In this document: one piece after another, positions 17,470 to 25,526 of the stretch
How the letters are laid out: each line of letters opens with the position of its first letter
Position numbering within the stretch: the first letter of the stretch is position 1
From: a virus
Taxonomy: Duplodnaviria; Caudoviricetes
Strand: one strand, 5' to 3'
IMG/VR virus record: IMGVR_UViG_3300037483_001204
Span: 1-61,106 of that record
Length of the DNA: 61,106 nt
Translations under genes and position numbers: made by a program
Notes under the pieces: model-generated
The model's input: the letters and a program-made list of their open reading frames with translations, nothing else
Databases searched by the model: none
What the model was told of the DNA's origin: nothing

Positions 17470-18842
17470 TTCTTCGCCTCCCACTCCCGAAGATCCTTGA
17501 CGGGGAAGACGTTGTAGTCCGCGGGGCGGAGCGCCGGGGCCCGGCCGAGCCGGACGTCCCCGCACGGGACCTCGTCCTCCCCCCGCTCGTCCCCGCACGT
17601 AAGGCAGCCGCTCGGGGGACAGACCTCCAGCGGTCGGAACGGCTCGTCGGCCGAGTCCCGGACGTGCATCGGGACTCGGTGGCCGTGGCACTGGTCCGCG
17701 GTGAGGTAGCGCGCGCCCATCGACACGCCCGTCTTCGAGACGACGTTCCCCTCCGCGTCGCGCTCGTACTCGTACTCGTAGCACAGCCCCATCGTGACCC
17801 CCGCCCTCTTCGTCTCGACGAGGAACCGGTCGAGCGCGGCCCTCCGGTACTCCTCCGCGATCGTCCGGACCCCCCCGATGTTCTGGACGAAGAGTCCCTC
17901 GAAGAGGTACGCCCGATCGCTCCCGAACCGCCTCCGCATCTGGCGGATCATCCCGGCTGCGCTCGGGTAGACGATCTCGACGAACTTGAAGATCAGGTGG
18001 TCCGCGCCCGCCTCCGCGAGGAGGTGGATTAGCTCGACGACCTCGTCGTTCGACGTAATTCCCGCGACGATCGGGTTTACCTGAATCGAGACGTAGATCC
18101 CCCGCCTCTGCATCTCCCGGATCTGCTCGAACATCTCGTCGAGCGGGACCGCCCTCGGGGAGAGCCGCTGCCAGTCCTCCGCGCTGGGCGTATTGATCGA
18201 GAACTGCTGGTAAGAGAAGGGGTTACGAGCGAGGAGATCGTAGGCCCAGCCCGGGACCCGTCGCCGAGTGAGGAAGTAGATCGGAAGCCCGACCTCGGTC
18301 GCGGCCTCCGCGGTCGCCCGCGTGTTCCCGTAGACGTCCTCCAGTTCGAGGAACGGGTCGATGAACGAGGACATATAGACCGCCGCCCCGAGCCGCATCC
18401 GCCGGAGCTGGCGCCGGACCTTCTCCCCGTACCGCGGGTCGACGGTCGCGAGGCCCTGGCCCCGGTAGCCCCGGACCCCGTTGTTGATGTAGCAGAAGCC
18501 GCACCCTACCGCGCAGAAGCCCCCGTACGGCTGGGTCAGGATCGAGTCCGTGTAGCACGGCCTCGGCCTCCGGTTAGGAGCCTCGTGCTTCGGCTTGTAC
18601 CACCCTCGGAGCGGGATCGACTGGTCGACGAGGACGTGCGGGATCGGATCGAGCCAGACCTTCATCTCCCTCGTGTTCTCGTCCGTCGCCCCCCGGACCA
18701 TCGCCACGTCCCGGTACGTGTAGCGGAGCCCCGTCTCCTCGTCGACGACCGGTTCGATCTTGTTCAGATGGGGCTCGTTCTCCATATGAAACCCGAACGG
18801 GTCGATGTCCTCGACGCTCGGTACCATCGGTCCCTCGGTCAT
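17466..18842 (-). CDS. radical SAM enzyme (candidate glycinyl-thymidine isomerase)
   Basis: CAVGCGFC (CxxxCxxC) plus C-terminal Cys cluster CPPSGCLTC; position matches M6-type clusters. Confidence 0.85.
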   Translation of the reverse strand: MTEGPMVPSVEDIDPFGFHMENEPHLNKIEPVVDEETGLRYTYRDVAMVRGATDENTREMKVWLDPIPHVLVDQSIPLRGWYKPKHEAPNRRPRPCYTDSILTQPYGGFCAVGCGFCYINNGVRGYRGQGLATVDPRYGEKVRRQLRRMRLGAAVYMSSFIDPFLELEDVYGNTRATAEAATEVGLPIYFLTRRRVPGWAYDLLARNPFSYQQFSINTPSAEDWQRLSPRAVPLDEMFEQIREMQRRGIYVSIQVNPIVAGITSNDEVVELIHLLAEAGADHLIFKFVEIVYPSAAGMIRQMRRRFGSDRAYLFEGLFVQNIGGVRTIAEEYRRAALDRFLVETKRAGVTMGLCYEYEYERDAEGNVVSKTGVSMGARYLTADQCHGHRVPMHVRDSADEPFRPLEVCPPSGCLTCGDERGEDEVPCGDVRLGRAPALRPADYNVFPVKDLREWEAKK

Positions 18843-18875
18843 GATGCCCTCCTTAAAGGTTTCTCGTCATCGGGC

Positions 18876-19733
18876 CTAGTCTCCGATGTTCCAGAACACG
18901 AGGGGCTTCATGAGGCTCTCCCGGGAGGCGGTCCGGGAGAGCCACCGCCACGCCTTCGCGTCGTAATAGGGGTTGCAGGGGAACGGGACCTCGACGTCGA
19001 CCGCGTCCGAGTAGCCGTAGCCCTCGTCGACGAGGAGGATCTGGCCGGGGTCGAGGTCGGCCTCGCTCGACCGGAGAACGTACTCCCGCGCCGCCTCGAT
19101 CGAGCGAGAGTAGCCGAGGTGGAGTACGACGTCCCACGGCCCTCTCCGAAAGACCCCCGACGTCGAGAGCCCCCGGAGGACCCCGGCCGCGACCGTCCCC
19201 GAGGAGATCGAGACGACGAGCGTCCCCGAGTCCGGGAGGAACGGGGCCGTCCGGCTCGCCTCCGCCGCGTTCTCGGTCACGCTCTCCGGGATCTTCAGCG
19301 CGTTCGGCATCAAGTACGAGTCCGGGTAGGTCGAGACGAGGTGCTTCCGGGCCGCGTGGAAGAGGATCGCCGAGCGCCCCGCCCGAAGCGAGTGCGTCGC
19401 CGATCCGAGGGCCGCCGCGCGGATCTGCGGCTCCCGGACGAGGCCCTCCGGCGGGTCGCTCTTGTACCGAGGCCAGTACGTGACGCACCGCTTCCCGAGC
19501 GCCCGACAGGCCCGAGCGACCGCCCACCCGGCCTTCGAGTGGCGCGTGTCGAGGACCCCGATCGTCCCCTCCGGGCGAGCCGCGACGTGCGCGACCACCC
19601 CCCGCATCTTCGAGAACGGGGGCCCCGACGGACAGCAGAGGTCCTCGCGCTTCACGAGGACGACGTCCTCGCCGAGAGGGTGCATTTCGACGGGCGTCCC
19701 CTCGACGACCAGGCTAGAAGTTGAACGGCTCAA
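18876..19733 (-). CDS. PLP-dependent fold-type II enzyme (candidate DNA-amino acid decarboxylase)
   Basis: TPVE...VLVKREDL...SKMRG, SISSGT, YYDAKAW, LVFWNIG. Confidence 0.8.
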   Translation of the reverse strand: MSRSTSSLVVEGTPVEMHPLGEDVVLVKREDLCCPSGPPFSKMRGVVAHVAARPEGTIGVLDTRHSKAGWAVARACRALGKRCVTYWPRYKSDPPEGLVREPQIRAAALGSATHSLRAGRSAILFHAARKHLVSTYPDSYLMPNALKIPESVTENAAEASRTAPFLPDSGTLVVSISSGTVAAGVLRGLSTSGVFRRGPWDVVLHLGYSRSIEAAREYVLRSSEADLDPGQILLVDEGYGYSDAVDVEVPFPCNPYYDAKAWRWLSRTASRESLMKPLVFWNIGD

Positions 19734-20085
19734 TCTCGTCCTCCTCGACGATGAAGCGCCCGGTAGTCGGGCACCGCTTGTCGTAGCTCCGACCCTTCGA
19801 GTGGCGGTCGGCCGCGTTCTCCGCGAGCGTCCCCGGCATAAGGTGCCACGGGTTCACGCAGAGCCGGTTATCGCAGGAGTGGAGAACCTCCCGCCCGTCG
19901 ACGTCGACTCCCCCGAGGATCAGTACCGCCCGGTGGGCCTTCTCCGCGTGCCCTTCGAGCCAAAACTTCCCGTACCCGTACCGGTCGACTCCCCCCGTCC
20001 ACTCCCAGCACTCCGCGGGGCGCCGCTCCTCCGAGACCTTCTCCCAGAAGCGGATCCAGTCGCCCCGCCGCCTACTCCGGGGCAC
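19714..20085 (-). CDS. HNH homing endonuclease
   Basis: CWEWTG..DRYGYG...AHR...[21 protein letters not shown]...KGR. Confidence 0.9.
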   Translation of the reverse strand: MPRSRRRGDWIRFWEKVSEERRPAECWEWTGGVDRYGYGKFWLEGHAEKAHRAVLILGGVDVDGREVLHSCDNRLCVNPWHLMPGTLAENAADRHSKGRSYDKRCPTTGRFIVEEDEIEPFNF

Positions 20086-20935
20086 TCCGGAGCGCCCCTA
20101 GGAACTCCTGCGCTGCGATGGACGACCCCGCCCACGGCTCTATCTTCTCCCGGATCTCCCGGAGGTCCGCGTAGAGCGGGTAGTGGCCGGACCGGTGGCT
20201 CTTCCACTTACAGAGGACCGTCTCGATCTCCTGGACCCCGCACGGTCGGCCCGGGATCCCCGGGGCCTCGTACCCTCCGACGACGGGCTCTAGCGCCCGG
20301 ACGACCATAGCGAGGGTCGTCGCCGACGACTCCGTCCTCGTCCAGCTCCACGAGTCCGCGACCTCGATCGCCCCCCTCGCCGGGGAGTCGAAGAAGGCGA
20401 GGTGGGGCGCTGCGAACTCGACCGAGACCCCGACGACCCGCTCTAGCATATCGGCGACCTTGAACGCGATCCACGCCCCGAACCCGTAGTGGCTTCGGAC
20501 GGCCCGGACGACTGCGTCGTAGGACGGAGCCGCCTCCGCGATCCGGTAGACCATCGCCTCCGGCTCCGCTCCGTACCGCTCCCGGAGCCCCTCGATCGCG
20601 ACCGTCGCGATCCGCGCGCGGAAGTGCCGGCGCTCCCGCCCCCTGGGCCACCGGGCGAGGCCCGCGACGGGGGGCTCCGTTCGATTCTCCGCGGCCTCCC
20701 GTAGGATAGCCCAGAAGTCCTCCCCCCCTCTAGCACTCGCGAGACTCGCGAACCCGCAGTCGTAGAAGCCCCAGTAGGCGACGAGCCAGCGGGCGATCTG
20801 CGACGTCCCCCAGCTCGGCTCCTCGTCCCCCCGCAGCCGGACGAGCGCGTCGTAGATCGGGTCGAGGTCGCCTGCCTCGATCGTCCGCCGAGCGAACTCC
20901 TCGACCGGGAGCCTCGGGTAGTCGCGCCCGCTCAC
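20072..20935 (-). CDS. amino acid:DNA transferase (aGPT-Pplase2 family)
   Basis: [58 protein letters not shown]. Confidence 0.85.
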   Translation of the reverse strand: MSGRDYPRLPVEEFARRTIEAGDLDPIYDALVRLRGDEEPSWGTSQIARWLVAYWGFYDCGFASLASARGGEDFWAILREAAENRTEPPVAGLARWPRGRERRHFRARIATVAIEGLRERYGAEPEAMVYRIAEAAPSYDAVVRAVRSHYGFGAWIAFKVADMLERVVGVSVEFAAPHLAFFDSPARGAIEVADSWSWTRTESSATTLAMVVRALEPVVGGYEAPGIPGRPCGVQEIETVLCKWKSHRSGHYPLYADLREIREKIEPWAGSSIAAQEFLGALRSAPE

Positions 20936-21369
20936 GGCTGCACCAGCCGGATCACGCCCGTCTCCGGGTCCTCGCGGAGGCCGTACCCGATCTTTCGGAC
21001 CTCCCGGATCCGCTGGAGGGCACCCCGCTCCGACGTGCCCAGCTCCCTCGCCGCCCCCGCGAGCGTCGTCCCCTCCCCGAGCATCAGCACTATCCGCTCC
21101 ATCACTCCTCCCCTTCGAGGCTCGGCTCGGAGAGCGCGGGAGGGCTGGTACGAGACGAGGCCGCGGGGCCTCCCCGACGTCGACCAGACCCTCCCCCTCC
21201 AGCTCTCCAGCGCCCTAGCGCAGCGCCCGAGCGCGACCCTCCGGCTCGGGAAGGTCCGCTCCTTCCCGGTAAGCTCCCCGTACAGCGTCGAGAGCTGGAA
21301 GAGGGTGAGGCGTTCGAGGTCCTCGGCCGCGTCTACCGCCGCCCCCCAGCTGGTCTTAAACGTCCTCAC
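20932..21369 (-). CDS. hypothetical protein, possible C-terminal HTH
   Basis: TLAGAARELGTSERG...RKIGY; GTGA-coupled to the transferase gene. Confidence 0.55.
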   Translation of the reverse strand: MRTFKTSWGAAVDAAEDLERLTLFQLSTLYGELTGKERTFPSRRVALGRCARALESWRGRVWSTSGRPRGLVSYQPSRALRAEPRRGGVMERIVLMLGEGTTLAGAARELGTSERGALQRIREVRKIGYGLREDPETGVIRLVQP

Positions 21370-21387
21370 CGCTCTCCCCTCCTCGTT

Positions 21388-22248
21388 CTAGTAGGGCGTG
21401 TCGTCGGACCCCGACTCCGGCGTGGCCTCGCGCACCTCGGTCGAGAAGTCCGGCCGAACGAGCCCCGCCTCGACCTGGTGCTCCATGTCCTTCCCCGCGA
21501 GGAGGAGCGGGTGCCAGGTCTTCGAGTCCGCGATGTTCTCGGGCATCGGGAGAGAGGCGTCCTCCCACGTCTCCCCGAGCGCGGGCTTCAGCACCGGGAC
21601 CCACCACGTGTACTTCCCGTCCTTCTCGATCTTCGAGGAGAGCCGGACCCGGTTCGCGAAGAGCGGCGGGAGACCCGGCCGCGTCCGCCAGCCCGTGTTC
21701 GCCTTCCGGTAGTGCTTGATCCAGGTGGACTTGAAGGCGAGCACCGCGAACTCCTTCGGGGCGGTGTGGTCGACGGCCCCGAGGACGAGGCAGTAGACGT
21801 AGAACGTCTCCTCCAGGTCGTTCTCCCCGTGTTGAAGCTCGTTGAACTTCCGGCCCCGCTCCGCCGCGTCGGCCTTCGCGTCCGCGACGACGTCGGAGGT
21901 GGGGGAGTGGACCCCGGCGAACCCGCCCCGATCCGGCCGCCACTCGACGTAGGCCTTCTCGGTGAAGACGGGGACCACGACGACGTCCGAGCCGTAGACC
22001 TCGCCGGTTACCGTGTTGTACCACATTCCGTCCTTCGCGGCCTCGTTGTCGGCGAGCGCGGGGGGGTTCCCCTGGACGATCGTGAGGAACGGGAGGGTGA
22101 TGTCGTCCCGGGACTGGTTCTGGAACCCGGCCCCGGCGAGGGAGCCCCAACTCTTCGGGGAGTCGACCGCCGCGCTCGCGCGCGGGACGACCGCCCCGCT
22201 CTTCGCCTTCGCCGCGGCCTTCGCCGCGGCCTTCGTCGTCTGAGCCAT
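21388..22248 (-). CDS. putative single-stranded DNA-binding protein
   Basis: LPFLTIVQ..P, YVEW.P..GG.. pattern; acidic C-terminal tail SDDTPY; located in the replication operon. Confidence 0.55.
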   Translation of the reverse strand: MAQTTKAAAKAAAKAKSGAVVPRASAAVDSPKSWGSLAGAGFQNQSRDDITLPFLTIVQGNPPALADNEAAKDGMWYNTVTGEVYGSDVVVVPVFTEKAYVEWRPDRGGFAGVHSPTSDVVADAKADAAERGRKFNELQHGENDLEETFYVYCLVLGAVDHTAPKEFAVLAFKSTWIKHYRKANTGWRTRPGLPPLFANRVRLSSKIEKDGKYTWWVPVLKPALGETWEDASLPMPENIADSKTWHPLLLAGKDMEHQVEAGLVRPDFSTEVREATPESGSDDTPY

Positions 22249-22251
22249 GCC

Positions 22252-22827
22252 CTAGCCTTTCGTCAGTGGTTTCAGCTTCGTGTGTCGGCGGAGGTGCGCC
22301 CCGAAGAGGTCGGGGGGGACGCTATCGGCCCCCATCGTCGCGATCCGGTCGCGAAGGAGAGCGTCCCGCCGGGAGGAGTGGATGTAGAGCATATCGGCGA
22401 GGTCCTCCACCCCCGCGCTCCGGAGCGCCTCGACGGCTCTCGCCGGGCCCTCGTCGTCGTCGACCGGGAACTTCGCCGAGACGGTGTGCTCGACGGCCCC
22501 CCCGAGGTCGTGCTCGATGAACCACCGGGCGCCCTCCTGCGCCCGCGCCTTCGGGAGGGAGAAGTGCCAGTTGTCGACTAGCTCGACCGCGTAGCCCGCC
22601 ACCCCCGGGTGCCCGACCATCTCCAGCTCCTCTAGGAGGTCCGGGAGGTCGACCTTCGAGACCCGGTCGAGTTGCGTTTGCGCCTCCTTTAGCTGGCGCT
22701 CCGCGTCGCGGACGAGGGCCTCCGCCGCGGCCTGTCGCCGGACGAGGGCCGCGAGTTGCTTCAGCCGGTCCTCGGGGAGGGGGGTCCGAAAGACCTCCCA
22801 GGCGTTCGTGGGCTTCTCCGTCTTCAT
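22252..22827 (-). CDS. conserved phage replication-module hypothetical protein (coiled coil)
   Basis: Coiled-coil N-terminus followed by DLPDLLEE. Confidence 0.65.
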   Translation of the reverse strand: MKTEKPTNAWEVFRTPLPEDRLKQLAALVRRQAAAEALVRDAERQLKEAQTQLDRVSKVDLPDLLEELEMVGHPGVAGYAVELVDNWHFSLPKARAQEGARWFIEHDLGGAVEHTVSAKFPVDDDEGPARAVEALRSAGVEDLADMLYIHSSRRDALLRDRIATMGADSVPPDLFGAHLRRHTKLKPLTKG

Positions 22828-23075
22828 CTCGCACCCCCCTCCCGGATCTGATTGAACTGGTCGAGAGTCCTCACGACCGCGGTCCGGAGGTCTCGGATAA
22901 CGGTACCCTCCGCAGGTGTAGGTTTGAGCAGGTCTACGAGCCTCCGGAGGTCCGCCACCCGGGCGGTAATCGAGACCCGAAGGCGAACGTCGTCGGGTCT
23001 CTCGAAGGTGAGCGCGACCAGGGGCGGAGCCGCCTCGACGGCGGTCTCGGTGTTAACAGCAGGCGGTAAGTCCAT
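22824..23075 (-). CDS. hypothetical protein
   Basis: ATGA-coupled ORF. Confidence 0.5.
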   Translation of the reverse strand: MDLPPAVNTETAVEAAPPLVALTFERPDDVRLRVSITARVADLRRLVDLLKPTPAEGTVIRDLRTAVVRTLDQFNQIREGGAR

Positions 23076-23079
23076 TGAA

Positions 23080-23448
23080 CTAGCTCCTCTCGATCTCTCG
23101 GATGCGCTTCTCGATAGCGGCGACGACGCTCGGGAGAGGGCGCCGCCCCTCGGTTCGGACGAGCTGATCGTGGGTCGCGAGGGCCCGGACGAGGGGCTCG
23201 CGTCGGGTCTCGCCCAGGATCAGGTTGACGATCCCGCGGGCCCGGGCCTCGACCGAGAAGCCCGAGAACCGCGGGTCGACCGACGCGGGGCCGGACCGGC
23301 TCCGGGAGTTCGGAGCCCGGCGGGCGGCACCCGACAGGTCCCAAAAGATCCGGTACCCGGCCCCCGCGAAGGTATTCGACGTCGACCCGCCGACGCCCGC
23401 CCCCCATCCCGCTCCCGAGAACGACCCCCATCCCGTCACGTCAGCCAC
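23080..23448 (-). CDS. hypothetical protein
   Basis: Fills the gap after the helicase. Confidence 0.45.
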   Translation of the reverse strand: MADVTGWGSFSGAGWGAGVGGSTSNTFAGAGYRIFWDLSGAARRAPNSRSRSGPASVDPRFSGFSVEARARGIVNLILGETRREPLVRALATHDQLVRTEGRRPLPSVVAAIEKRIREIERS

Positions 23449-24893
23449 TCCCGGAGGCGATCCCCCGTGATCGCCGAGGCGATCGTCCGCTTCGCGCGGA
23501 GGACCTCGACGATGCGCTCGTCGATCGTGTCCTCCGCGACGAGGTCGATGTAGTGAACGGGGTGGCGCTGCCCGATCCGGTGGGCCCGGTCCTCGGACTG
23601 GAGGCGCTCGGTCAGCTTAAACGAGTTCGAGTAGTAGACGACGGTCTGGGCCGCGTGGAGGGTTAGCCCCTCCCCTCCCGCCGCAGGGTTCGCGACGAAG
23701 AACTGGGCCCGGCCCGACTGGAACTCGGCGACGGCCCGCGCGCGCCCGTCCGTATCGACCGCTCCGTCGTAGCGCACGACGCCCCCGAGACTCCGCTCCT
23801 CCTCGATCATCTCGACGATCTGGTCGACGTCCCGCCGGAAGCGGGCCCAGACGATCGTCGGGTGCGAGGTGTCGAGCGCGATCTCCCGAAGGAGGGCGAG
23901 GCGGGCGTTCGGGTCGATCGTGACCGAGGTCTCCCCGTCGTCGAGCGGGAGGTACCCGCAGACGATCTGCTGGAGCCGGAGGAGCCGCTTAATCGCGAGC
24001 GGGGCGGTCGCGACCTCGTCCTCGCCCTCGATCTCGACGAGGAACTCGTCCCGCATCCGGTCGTAGACCTCGCGCTGCTCCCGCGGGAGGGCGAACCGGT
24101 GGGTCGAGTAGAGCTTCTCGGGGAGGTCGAGGACCTCGTCCTTCGTCACCCGCGACGAGACCGGCGCGAGGATCTCCCGGAGGCGGTCGAGGTGCCGGTA
24201 CTCGACGAGTTCCCGGTACTCCCGCTGCGTCCGGCCGTTGTAGCCGGTCTTAAAGACCCCGAAGTACCCCTGGAAGGCCGCGAACCGACCCCAGCCCCTC
24301 CCCCGCCAGAAGTCCGGGTCGAGGAACTGGAGGGGGGAGTAGACGTCGAAGGGTCCGTTGGCGATGGGGGTCCCGGTGAGGATCCGGCGGTAGTTCGCGT
24401 ACCGAGCGGACGCGAGGATCGTCTTCGTCCGCTTCGCGGAGGGAGACTTGATCCGGGCTGACTCGTCGAGGACGTAGAGGGCGCGCCGCTGCGTTAGGAA
24501 CCGCTTCGACCACGTCTTCCCCCGCTCCGTCACGAAGCCCTCGTAGCTCATCGCGAGGACCGCGAGGCCCGGGAACCCGAGGAGGTCGCTGAGGTCGGCC
24601 TGTAGACCCTTCGTCCCCGCGCGGGAGGCGTCGTAGCGGACGAGCGCGACCTCCTCGACGTCGGGGGAGAGGTGCGCGAGGACCTCCGTGTCGGTCCAGT
24701 TACGATGGACCCCGTTCGGAGCGACGACGAGGAGCCCGTCGATCTCCTCCTCCAGGTAGAGGAGCGCCGCCGTATCGACGATCAGCTTAGACTTTCCGGT
24801 GCCCTGCTCCCAGAATATCGCCCTTACGGGGTCGCGGGCGTGTTCCTCGAACTCCCGGAGCTGGTGGGAGAATGGCTTCGTCCGAAAGCGCAC
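23436..24893 (-). CDS. SNF2-family (SF2) helicase
   Basis: EQGTGKS, VLDES, LTGTP, GGEGLTL, QSEDRAHRIGQ. Confidence 0.95.
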   Translation of the reverse strand: MRFRTKPFSHQLREFEEHARDPVRAIFWEQGTGKSKLIVDTAALLYLEEEIDGLLVVAPNGVHRNWTDTEVLAHLSPDVEEVALVRYDASRAGTKGLQADLSDLLGFPGLAVLAMSYEGFVTERGKTWSKRFLTQRRALYVLDESARIKSPSAKRTKTILASARYANYRRILTGTPIANGPFDVYSPLQFLDPDFWRGRGWGRFAAFQGYFGVFKTGYNGRTQREYRELVEYRHLDRLREILAPVSSRVTKDEVLDLPEKLYSTHRFALPREQREVYDRMRDEFLVEIEGEDEVATAPLAIKRLLRLQQIVCGYLPLDDGETSVTIDPNARLALLREIALDTSHPTIVWARFRRDVDQIVEMIEEERSLGGVVRYDGAVDTDGRARAVAEFQSGRAQFFVANPAAGGEGLTLHAAQTVVYYSNSFKLTERLQSEDRAHRIGQRHPVHYIDLVAEDTIDERIVEVLRAKRTIASAITGDRLREWLT

Positions 24894-24938
24894 GGGGAGG
24901 GCCTCGGGTTAGAGAACTTTTCGTCCGTCGGGGGTCCG

Positions 24939-24969
24939 AGTATACCCGACCCCGCCGCCGATCGTCTAG
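24939..24969 (-). promoter_or_regulatory. sigma70-like promoter CTAGAC-N19-TATACT for the replication/modification operon
   Basis: Intergenic; identical box architecture at 53809-53839. Confidence 0.6.
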
Positions 24970-24990
24970 CCCGAGGCCCCACCTTGGGGT

Positions 24991-25230
24991 TTATTTCTTG
25001 AAGGGGAGCCCTCGGAGGGCCCGTACGAACTCGGTGAGCGGCGGGAGCAGCTTCCCCGCCGTGAAGGAGAGACCGACGAAGCCGACGACCGTCCCGACGA
25101 GCGTCGCCCGAATCCCCGGCGGGAGGAGGTCCCAGGCCTCTAGGATCCGGGCCCCCGCCTCGGTTCGGGAGATCGCGTCGAGGACGGACTGGACCGAGGC
25201 CCCCACCCCGCCCCCTCCGCCGAGGATCAA
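24991..25230 (-). CDS. small membrane protein
   Basis: Hydrophobic segment TLVGTVVGFVGLSF; TTGA-coupled. Confidence 0.45.
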   Translation of the reverse strand: MILGGGGGVGASVQSVLDAISRTEAGARILEAWDLLPPGIRATLVGTVVGFVGLSFTAGKLLPPLTEFVRALRGLPFKK

Positions 25231-25508
25231 GGTACGATCCCCCTGACCTTAGACTGCAGCCCGATCCACAGCAGCCCCGCCGCTGCGGCGAGGAGGAGCC
25301 CGACGATCGTGAAGAGCCCGTGCCGACGGGCCACGTCCGTCGCTCCGCGGAGGTCCCGGAGAAAGGCGAGGTCCCTCCGCATCGCCTGGGGCTCCCCGAC
25401 GTCGAACCCGAGCCGGTCGAGCGCCTCGGGGACCGCATCCGCGATCGTGTCCCGGATAAGCTCCCGGATCTCCGCCTTCGATAGGATCCGGCTCTCCCCC
25501 TCCGTCAT
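25227..25508 (-). CDS. small membrane protein, holin-like candidate
   Basis: LGFDV..P..MRRDLAFLR followed by one C-terminal TM helix; at the end of the tail module. Confidence 0.5.
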   Translation of the reverse strand: MTEGESRILSKAEIRELIRDTIADAVPEALDRLGFDVGEPQAMRRDLAFLRDLRGATDVARRHGLFTIVGLLLAAAAGLLWIGLQSKVRGIVP

Positions 25509-25526
25509 CGCCCCCTCCTCCTCCCC

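Noticed and set aside
17466-18842. QueE/7-deazaguanine pathway or spore photoproduct lyase
   Set aside because: No folE, queC, queD or dpdA is visible; adjacency to the transferase and PLP genes fits the M6-type rSAM role better.
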